From Eledone cirrhosa (taxonomy: Eukaryota): 64,000 nt of DNA. Of the stretch, positions 13,512 to 23,473 are shown in pieces. The stretch lies in contig OZ024741.1 in the NCBI GenBank assembly GCA_964016885.1, positions 315,208,001 through 315,272,000 of the forward strand. The letters are read 5' to 3'. Made by a program: the position numbers and the translations under genes. Every line of letters begins with the position of its first letter. The stretch's first letter is position 1. The notes under the pieces are model-generated. The model saw nothing but the letters and a program-made list of their open reading frames with translations. It did no database searches and was not told where the DNA came from.

Positions 13512-15472
13512 CTAAGAGAGAGAGAGGGAAGGTTTACTTACCTCCCGGGTCTTGTGAAGGTCGGGTGGTTCGACCTCCATGGTTGGTGGGGTTTCTTTTG
13601 GGAACCCCTTTAAAAGTCTTGATGTGGGTTTCACATTCGGGGTTCCCACGTCTTGAGGAAAGCTCTCTCGAATTTCTTTGAAGGAATTGAGTGACATTCG
13701 GACCAGAACAAATCTTCTGGCACGCAAAATGTGCTCATTTCAAAAATCTCCCCCTCTGTTTGAATGTCCTCGCTTCGCGCTAAGAGGGCCATCAGTTTAT
13801 CGTTGGCCCTTCTGGTACGAAGTTTTTAACATTTTGTTCGTGTGGTTTTATTTGTTTTCGTTTTGGTGAAGGTGGTGGCGATGGTTTTGGTGGTGTTGTT
13901 TCGGGTATGTCTATGTTTGTTGTAGGTGTGGTGTCTGCAATTTCAGGTATTTATGTGTTTATTTGTACTGGTGTTTGTTTAGGTTGTTTGCGTTTCGGGG
14001 ATTGTGGAGGTGGTGTCGATGTTGTTGTTGGTGATGATGTTATTGGGGAAGTGTTTGCGTTAGTGGTGTCTGTATTTTTTGTTGTGTGTGTTTTTGTGTT
14101 TTGTTGGGGCTTTTTTTTTGTGAGTTTTCTCTGTTTTTTTGCACTTTGGGGTTTTTCTTCATCTTCGCTGCTGGAAGACAAAGGGTCTGTGTCTGTGAGT
14201 GTCTCTGTGTCTGTGTGTGCGTTTATTGTTTTGTCTATGTGTATAATTGGGGGGGGGGTAGGGGGAGTGGGAGAGCTTTCCTCGTTTTCTCCTTGGATTA
14301 GTTTTGGTGTTGGTGGTGATCCGGCTGCTTTTGATGTTTGTGTCCGTGTTTTTCTTGATGTTGTTTTTGGTGGTGGTGGTGGTGGTGCAGCTTTCCGTGC
14401 TGACACTGGCGTTGGCAACAAAGGAAGTTTGCGACTCCCTGCATTTTTGCGCTGAGGGCAGAAGGCTTGAAGATGCGTTGCTTCCCCGCAGACGAAGCAG
14501 CGTGGCCTTCTTCCGTCAATCATTAGTTAGATTGTTGTTCCGTCCTGCAGGCGGGCAAAATCCGGGATGTTATTCATATCCTCCGGTTTCATTTGGAGAA
14601 GAATCTCCAAATCCATTCCGGACCAGTCCTCTCTCTCTGTTCTTTTGATGTCCAGGAGGGTAGTGTCTGTCCCCTCTTCGATTACGCATCCCAGCAGCCA
14701 CCATATGTTCATTCCTGGTGGGATGCTGGGAATGCGTACCTTCACTGTCCTTTTACCCATATAGGACGGATGCATGATAATGCGTTCCGTTCTGCAGGGG
14801 GTCACCGAGTGCTTAATAGCGAGGGCCTCGGTTTTGAACAGTACCGAGATGGTACCGAACTGTTTGCCTCTTGCTTTGTACTCTATGTTACTTCCCATGT
14901 ACTCCAAAGCAGCCTCTACCTCTGCTTGGCTCGCAAGTTCCACTTTTCGTGTCTGCACCGAAATACAGCGAAAGAACACCGTCCTCCTTTGCATGGCCGC
15001 TATTGCCTCGTCCGGGATGGTCAGGTTTTCCCAGGACTTCTCCCGTTTAATTAGCCTCCACGCTTTGGCCAGCTGTTCGTCTTTATCGCTAATATCAATA
15101 TCGATATTCAATAAGCGCTGCAGCAAATGTGGTGTTTCTGATGCTCTTATTCTTGTTGTTGTCATTCTTGCTGTTGTTATTGGTGTTGCCACCGCCATCC
15201 TTGTTTACATTGAAGCTGTCGGTGTTATTGTCGTTATTGCTCTGAGTTGTTGTTGTGGTGGTGGTGGAGGCGGTGGTGGTGATGTCGTTTTCAGATGATA
15301 CTGCTGCTATCACAGAAGGTTGTGATGGTAGCTTTTGAGTTTTGCCTTCACATTCAGTAGAGTGGATGACAGGCATGACTGTAGCCGTCGTAGTCGTGGT
15401 GAAATCTACAGTGGCTGCCGTTAAACTTTTGACCTGAACGTTGTTTACCGTTTCAAGGTCGAAAATTTCCAT
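13512..15472 (-). pseudogene. Tx1 copy A ORF1 (gag-like nucleic-acid-binding protein), disrupted
   Basis: Thr/Asn-rich N-terminus, globular middle region, CFVCGEATHLQAFC (CX2CX4HX4C) knuckle, Pro/Thr-rich C-terminus. Confidence 0.8.
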
Positions 15473-15720
15473 AATTTTCTTTTGGTGGGGAAGTGAATTT
15501 TTTCGAAGTTTTTAAAAATAAATCTGAATATTCGGGCTTATAGCCCGAATATTGAGAGGTATCCCTCTCTTTAAATCAAGATGTGTACCTTAAGTTTCGT
15601 TAACGACAAGAAAATACAAAAAATGACACTTTAAAACAGCTTAAAGTTACGAATCTTTTCCCCCGCAGATTTGTACTGTCTTCACACATGTGCAGCCATA
15701 CTACTAATAATAATAATAAT

Positions 15721-16095
15721 AACGTGCCTGATTGTAGATGTAGCCTGTCTATTTGACACGAGAGTGCAAGAAAAGGAGAGGGAGAAAATTAACCGGTACC
15801 AGGACTTAAAGTGGGAGTTTAAAAGGATTTGGAACTGCCATGAAGTCAGAGTCATCCCAATTGTCATAGGCGCACTAGGTACTATCTCAAAGAGTTTCCA
15901 AGGGTGGTTAAAGAAAGTTAGTCCATCCCCGCTTTTTGGAACACTTCAAAAGGCATGCTTGCTGGGAACAGCAAGAACCCTCCGATACGTCCTGAATATC
16001 TGAGGCTGCAGGTAGCTGCTTGATAATCATTTCAACAAACTTTCCAGTTAAATAACATCAATGACTGAGACTCAAAGAACAACAATAATAATAAT
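15721..16095 (+). mobile_element. 5'-truncated R4/Dong-like element, family 2 (RLE C-terminus + 3' UTR)
   Basis: CLIVDVAC...EKINRYQDLK...IPIVIGALG is the restriction-like endonuclease C-terminus. It has an (AAT)n tail and is near-identical to 60552-60940. Confidence 0.88.
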
Positions 16096-18347
16096 GATTT
16101 CTATATTGGCCACAAGGGCTGACATCAAGAAAAAACATTACAGACGGCACAGAACGGTACGATGTGGATTTTGTGCGTGTAAATATTTTTATTATTTATA
16201 TAGGGCGGTGGATTGGCAGTATCGGTAGAGGGTCGGCCGCCATGCTTTCAAGCATAGTTACGTCCCTTTACGATCTGAGTTCAAATCCCGCCGAGGTTGA
16301 CTTTGCCTTTCATCCTTACGGGGTCGATAAAATAAAGTACCAGTAATGCACTGGGTATTTGCTGGCCTTGTGCCTAAAGTAGAAACAATTATTTATATAA
16401 GAAAAGAAAAAGAAAAGATATAGAAACATATATATATATAAACAATAAAAATAAAAATTGAAACAATGAAAAATTCCCCAATAGGGGGGAAACCTCCGAG
16501 GGTCACTCGTGGCGAAAACCACACAAAAGACCACGGCCACCCTGACCACCAGGGCAAGCGCCCTCTCTCAATTTTTCCATTTCTCCAACTACAGGCGTAT
16601 ATTCAGAGGGTCCCATTCACTTGGACCATTCTCGCTACATTCACCCACCTTTCAACAAACTTGCTAGAAGACAGCACTTGCCTCTCCACCCTGATTGTGA
16701 AACTTGAAGTGTAACTTGAAAAAGTTAATTAAGGATTCGCCGAAGAGGAAAGTGTCTGTCTTTAACCCATTCAATCTTGTCCAACACACAATCTCTTTCG
16801 CCATGGTCACCAGGCAGATGAAAACCGCCCGCCATTCCTTCACGAAGGAAGACGGTGATACCATCTGCACAATGAACTCAGTCGATAACTGGATCAGTCG
16901 TAGGACTGATCCGGTTATCGACAGAAACTGTTCGACATAGCTCCACAAGTCAGCAATGCTCGGGCACTGAACGAGTGCGTGCATCTCGGACAGGCTCGGC
17001 TGATGGCACTTCTGTGCCTGTAGAGCTTATCTCGAACCGGCAACACTCCCCGGTAGCACTGCCAGACCAGGGATTTTTGGAAAATATCCATAGGCCCTGG
17101 GCTGAAAGTTCTCCGGAAAAGAGCAAACAGCTGATCTTCTTCGACGCCCAGGATCTCTCCGAGAACGTCGTCGCTCTTTTCCCACTAGTGCTCTATAGAA
17201 CGCCGAGGTGGATGGTCTACCGATACTGGTGCCTAGCTCGCAGAGGGCGGTGAGCACCTGGAGACATTCCAGTTACCAAGCGCTATCTCTCGGTCTTTTC
17301 CTGACCCCGGACTGCAGCTCCGTCAAGGAGACGAGTTGTGGGAAAACGTGCCTGGCGAACGGCGACCACACCTGGTCTCCGTCAAGGAAGCACCAGAGAT
17401 GTCGCAGCCTCAACGCATGTTTGCGCATCATCTGCCATGGCATGCCCAGTCCTCCATGCAACGGGTGTTGACAGCAGATGGATCGTCTGACCATTGGAGC
17501 GCGTCCCTTGCACAAAAAGCGGAAGAGGAGGCGCTCCATTTTGGTGAGAGTTGGGCCGGGGCAAGCGACGACGGTGAGGCGGTAGCAGATGACGGATGCG
17601 ATGTACGCATTCGCCACCTCCGCCCGGACTTTCAGGGACAGCTACCTCTCAGCCCATTTCTGGGTGAGAGAGGCCACACTTCTCGTCACCTCGCTCAAGT
17701 TTTTCTCCATCTGGAGGTCCGGTCCGAACCAGACCCCGAGCAATTTAACCGCTCCGTCCGTCCAACGCCCCATGAAACTGTCGGACGGCATGGACTTGCC
17801 TCTCCAGGTGCCGAACTGCAATCCCTCCGATTTTTCCTGGTTTATCTTTGCTCCTGTCACCGCTTCGTATTCCTTGAGAGCGGTGCCGAACATCTGGACG
17901 TGTCTGGTGCTCGACACCACCACGGTGACGTCGTCGGCGGATGCCGACTCGGATTTCCCGCATCCTAGTTGGCATGGGACGCCTCTGATTGCCCCCATTT
18001 GTGTAGTAACGGCTAGAGAGCCAATACGTACAAGAGGGACGAGAGGGGACAACCCTGGCGGACCGAGCGCATGATGCTGAACGGCTACGACAGGTGACCA
18101 TTCACCCTGACTACTGAGCAGATGTCGCTGTACATCACAGCGAACCAAGCCCTGAAAACGGCCCCGAAACCGGCTGCCACAAGGATCGCCGCCAGGTACC
18201 GATGGTCGACCCTATCGAATGATTTGGATTGATCCAAGTTGATCAGGGCCCCACCCGTGCCAGGTTCATTAACCACCCTCTCTACGATGTATCGCATGAG
18301 GTGCAGGTTGTCGTGTATGGATCTGTCTGGAATGGCGCATATCTGCG
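16096..18347 (-). mobile_element. 5'-truncated Tx1-like element, copy B (with SINE in 3' UTR)
   Basis: RT motifs LDQSKSFDRVDH, SADDV, VKLLGVWFG and GGLGMP. The 3' end reads GCCCTTGTGGCCAATATAGAAATC(ATT)n. Confidence 0.9.
16203..16387 (+). mobile_element. tRNA-derived SINE with 12-bp TSD
   Basis: Full A/B-box head. TSD ATTATTTATATA at 16191-16202 and 16388-16399. The empty site is visible in copy D near 23578. Confidence 0.92.
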
Positions 18348-18533
18348 TGGATTGGCAGTATCGGTAGAGGGTCGGACGCCATGCTTTGAAGCATAGAGTT
18401 ACCTCCCCGTATGATCTGAGTTCAAATCCCGCCGAGGTTAACTTTGCCTTTCATCCTTACGAGTCGATAAAATAAAGTACCAGTAATGCACTGGGTATTT
18501 GCTGGCCTTGTGCCAAAAGTAGAAACAATTATT
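18348..18533 (+). mobile_element. tRNA-derived SINE
   Basis: Same family as 16203-16387; ends in AGAAACAATTATT. Confidence 0.9.
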
Positions 18534-18566
18534 AATAATAAAGTATGTTATATTATTAGTAATAAA

Positions 18567-18751
18567 GGGCGGTGAATTGGCAGTATCGGTAGAGGGTTGG
18601 ACGCCATGCTTTGTAGCATAGTTATGTCCTTTTAGAGCGTGAGTTCAAATCCCGCCGAGGTTAACTTTGCCTTTCATCCTTACGGGGTCGATAAAATAAA
18701 GTACCAGTAATGTACTGGATAATTGTTGGCCTTGTGCCAAAAGTAGAAACA
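18567..18751 (+). mobile_element. tRNA-derived SINE with 15-bp TSD
   Basis: TSD ATTATTA(G/A)TAATAAA at 18552-18566 and 18752-18766. Confidence 0.9.
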
Positions 18752-18766
18752 ATTATTAATAATAAA

Positions 18767-18868
18767 TGTTTCTACTTTTGGCACAAGGCCAGCAAATACC
18801 CAGTACATTACTGGTACTTTATTTTATCGACCCCCGTAAGGCTGAAAGGCAAAGTTAACCTCGGCGGG
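18767..18868 (-). mobile_element. 5'-truncated SINE
   Basis: 3' half of the same SINE in inverted orientation. Confidence 0.85.
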
Positions 18869-18870
18869 CA

Positions 18871-18936
18871 TAATGGTTTCTTTATTGGCCACAAGGGCTA
18901 ACATGAAGAAAAACATTATAGTCGGCACAGAACGAC
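18871..18936 (-). mobile_element. ~65-bp 3'-terminal stub of Tx1-like element
   Basis: Matches the extreme 3' ends of copies B, D and E. Confidence 0.8.
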
Positions 18937-19560
18937 TAATTATTATGCAGTCATCTCTGTGGCTGAAGATGTACATATATATTTTTAAATATTTCCCCAA
19001 TACAATTTTCTTTTTCTACATTTTGGTCGATTGTGGCTAAATTTCAGATTTTGACAGGAAAATGGACAGTTGAAAGATCACTCCTCTCTCCCACCACCAC
19101 ATTCACACCAGTAAATCCCCAATCTATTTTTAGACTACTGTCACTGACTGCTACCTACCTCCCTTCTCAGTGTCTAATGCGTGTGTATATACATACGTGT
19201 GTATAAGTATGCACGTGTGAATGTATATTTATGTATGTGTATGGAGCCCACACAAAGGACAAAACAAAGGGGAAAAAAAGAATACTAGCACCCCCCTCCC
19301 ACTATTTACACCTCAAACTCAAAATAGACAGAAAATAACACCGGAGGAGCAACCCCTATAAGCTACAATGTCACCCTACCCACCACCACTCCCAGCACCC
19401 CACCCCCAGCTTTAATCTCCCTGCCATCACCACCAATACCACTCAAATCACAAGAACAGTTGAGAAAATTCTCGTACACCTCTTACAGCTGCAACCATAA
19501 CAATATCACCTCAATCAACAACAGCAATGACCATAACTATACTGTTATAATAGTAATAAT

Positions 19561-22500
19561 GATCTCAGTGCCAGCCAGCAACTGCACGACCCAAAGAGCC
19601 GGGCAACTTTCCATGTACGTCCAATACCATGTGTAACGCAAGCATGTACTGCGAGATGAACAATAAAAATTAATACACAATACCAAATCACTTTTCCTAT
19701 GGTTAATCAGGAAGCGCGTCCCTCAGGAAGGTGCCAACCTGAGATCGAAAAGTCGTCCTCTGGCACAAACTCTTCTCCAATTATGGAGCTGGATGGTCAC
19801 TTGATCGGGGATTGCCCCTTCGAGCCCTCCAGATCCACCACCCAAACCACCTCAAAAAGAAAAACCTAAAAGGATGAAATGGACCCGAAAAAGAGTATAA
19901 AGAAGTAATATATGCATGTTACTATGCATTAAGTAAGCCATCACAAGACAGACACACTTTAAACTCCTACAAAATCTGTAAAACTTGCAGACATGATATG
20001 GATGGAAATAAGTTGGCAAACGTAAGGGGGTATATCTTCAGAAATAATAGACTCACAGACACTGAACTAACTGCGATCAAGCAGGCTGTGGAGAATGACA
20101 TAAATATAAATGATGAAAGAACTGAAGAATCTCCTGGAGATAGTAACCAGTCACAAGTCTTTACTGAAAGACCTCCATCTGACCAAATCACAAATAGATT
20201 TGTAGAAATGAGAAGCTCTATTGAACCCGCTGAAAATAGCCAGGAGAGGGACTTAGAAACAGTAATTGAAAACCAAACATCTGCTGAAGAACACAGGGAG
20301 ACTATGAAGGAATTAAAGCAAAAAATACTGAATGAGCTTGCAGTAGTAAGACATTCTAGTATAAATGATAGAAAACCACTTCAAAAACTCCCAAATACAA
20401 TCCAAAATAGAAAACAAATAATGATTGGTAATTCTGTGACAAAAGAAATCATAGAAGAACTAGAACCTGATCTTACTGAGTTAAATGAGTAATTGAAACA
20501 AGTTGTTTACCACAAAAAAAAAACAAAAAAAAAATGTCGAACCTTCGAGGTAAACTAATTTGGAGGAGGAGAATCGAAAAGGAGATTGACGTAATGAGAG
20601 GAGAAATATCTTTATTGAGTGAGTTAACCGCTGGAAATGATATAAGATCCAAGAAGGTAAGAAAGCTAAAGAGAAAATATGGACTGTCTTCTAGAGAAGC
20701 AATAGTTTCAACAAAAGATTCTCTGAAACAAAAAGTCCAAGTAAAAGCCCAACGAATTCGTAGATTCGAGAAGCGAAACAACTTCTACAGGCAAAATAGG
20801 TTGTTCTCATCCAATGCCAAGTCCTGTTATAGAGAAGTAGGGAAGAAAAAAATAATTATTGAAGACCATAGAAGAAGTTGAAAACTTCTGGAGTAAGATT
20901 TGGAGTGATGAGAAGACATATACTAATGTAGATTGGATTAGTCGCCTGCGAAAATACTACACAAATTTAGAAGAACAGGCGTGGGAAGACATCTCTATAG
21001 CGGACTTAAGGACAGCACTCAATAAATCTCATAAATGGAAATCTGCTGGTAGAGACATGGTGCCAAATTTATGGCTTTCCTCACTCCCGTGCAATCACAA
21101 TATATTGGTCAAGCTGTTTAATGGAATTATGAAAGATCCAAAAATACACCTGATTGGATAGCAAGTGGTATTATCTACCTTCTACCAAAGAACAACGAAA
21201 CCAAAGATCCAAAAAAACTATCGGCCCATAACATGCTTGTCCACCACTTATAAACTATTAACCTCTATTCTCATGGAAAAAGCATACGTGTTTTTGGAGG
21301 AGAACAATTTTTTCCCCATTGAACAAAAAGGGTGCTGATGAGTTTCATATGGTTGCAAAGATCAACTTTTGATTAATCGTATGATCCTTGAGAATTGTCA
21401 TAATAAACACAGAAATCTCAGTTCTGCATGGATCGATTATAAAAAAGCCTTTGACAACATACCACACTCATGGATTCTGAAATCACTGGACATCTTCAAA
21501 ATCTCACCTGTGATGTCAAACTTCCTGAAGCACAATATGTTATTATGGAACACAAATCTCCAATTGTCTCATTCCACTGGGGTACTGTGCTCTAGGAATA
21601 TAAACATCAACTGTCGTATATTCCAGGGTGACTCACTTTCACCCTTGCTTTTCTGCATAGCTTTAATACCCCTTACATCCGAGCTTAATAGAACAGAGTA
21701 CGGTTATAGAATTGACAACAAAAAAATAAGCCACCTATTTTATATGGATGATTTGAAGCTATATTGCAAAGATAATGACGAACTGGAAGGCCTTTTGCGA
21801 TCAGTAAAAACGTTTAGCGATGACATCAGGATGGAGTTTGGACTTGAGAAGTGTGAAAAAGACACTTTCAAGAAGGGGAAGCTTGTCAACTTAGACTCAG
21901 TTGAATTGGATGCTGAAACAATCATAAAGGAACTTGAGCAGGAACAAACCTATAAATACTTAGGGATTAATGAGGGCTCTGGCATACATCATGCAAGTAT
22001 GAAAGAGAGGATAAGGAAAGAGTGTTACAGGAGAGTACGTGCAGTTCTGAGAACAGAATTAAACGCTCGTAACAAGGTGCTAGCCATACATTCCTTGGCA
22101 GACCCAGTTGTCACTTATAGCTTCGGTGTGTTGAACTGGAATATGAGTGAAATCAAAGAATCGACACCAAAGTCCGTAAGTTAGTGACCTGTAATAGGAT
22201 GCACCACCCAAAAGCAGATGTTGATCGTCTTTACCTTCCTAGAACTCAAGGAGGCCGTGGCCTGATCCAATTTGAACTTGCTTACAAGACCACCATCATT
22301 GGACTGGCCAAATACCTTGAAACAACTAACGACTGTATGCTGAAACTTATTGATAAGAATGAGAGAAGTAAGAAGCTTCATTCTATCTTGAAGGAGAGCA
22401 AAAAATATGCTGCTGATCTCATTCTTGATACCCAAGCTGGACAGACCAAAGAAACTGTTGCAACTGATGCTGCTAGGCACATAAAATCACTGGCAAAAGC

Positions 22501-23473
22501 AAAATGGCAGGGACAATTTGTCTCAAATTGGGAGCAGAAACCTCTGCATGGCAAATATGTAGCCTGTAGCAAACAAGCTAATGTTGACCAAAAGCACACC
22601 CATCAGTGGCTACGTAGTTCAGGGCTAAAGACGGAGAGTGAAAGCTTCATCTTAGCTTCCCAAGATCAAAGCTTATTGACTCGTAATTACCAGGCCTGTG
22701 TGATGAGAAACGGAATAAACCCAAAGTGACGATTCTGCAATGCTGGGGTTGAAACAGTGTATCATTTAGTCTCTGGATGTAAAGTTTTAGCACCAGTAGA
22801 ATACAAATATAGACATGACAGAGTTGGCCAATATCTACACTGGGTAATATGTCGGCATTACAAAATCAAAGCTGAAGACAAGTGGTACAACCATCACCCT
22901 GAGGCTGTAACTGAAGGAGAAACAGTAACAATTCTCTGGGACTTTTCTGCACATACTGACAGGACCATAAAAGCAAATAGATCTGACATCATTATAAAAG
23001 GTCAACATAACAAGGTCTGTTTGTTGATAGATATGAGCATCCCATGTGATCACAATATCGTGGCAAAAGAATTTGACAAGCTACAAAAATATAAAGATCT
23101 GCTTATTGAAATTGAGAAAATGTGGCACCTCAGGGCCGTTACAATACCAGTGATTGTGGGAGGACTGGGAATGATCAAGAGAGGAACAGAACAATATTTG
23201 CGAATGATTCCTGGCTTACTCTCTCTGCACGAGGTGCAAAAATTTGTTTTAACTGGTACTGCACACGTATTGAGAAGAGCACTATCTCTGTAAGATTGAT
23301 ATATCCATATGCACATGTGTATACTGTTTTTTTGTATTATAATGAATGTGCTGTATTAACTGGCTTACCAATGCACACTGTGAATTTATTTGCCCTACGT
23401 GTCAGGAAATCACTCGGCATATATCTCAGAAACAATAATTAAAGAAAATAAAAATAATAATAATAATAATAAT
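19561..23473 (+). mobile_element. Near full-length decayed R4/Dong-like retrotransposon, copy C
   Basis: Single broken ORF (~19998-23293). RT motifs [33 protein letters not shown]. Also a CCHC-like region, RHD and RLE motifs (RSDII, LIDMS, KYKDL), and an (AAT)n tail. Confidence 0.92.

Larger units (their letters stand above)
9789..15703 (-). mobile_element. Full-length decayed Tx1-like non-LTR retrotransposon (L1 clade), copy A
   Basis: Contains ORF1 with a CCHC knuckle and ORF2 with APE, RT and a C-terminal Cys-rich region. The 3' end has AATAAA followed by an (ATT)n tail, and (TAA)n flanks both ends. Confidence 0.92.

Noticed and set aside
13512-13541. 30-nt GT-AG micro-intron before ORF2 in copy A
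   Set aside because: Too short for usual spliceosomal introns, and the acceptor is not conserved in copies D and E. The hairpin interpretation fits better.
16203-16290. tRNA genes at the A/B-box sequences
   Set aside because: The heads run into a shared non-tRNA body and tail with TSDs, so they are SINEs. No complete cloverleaf.
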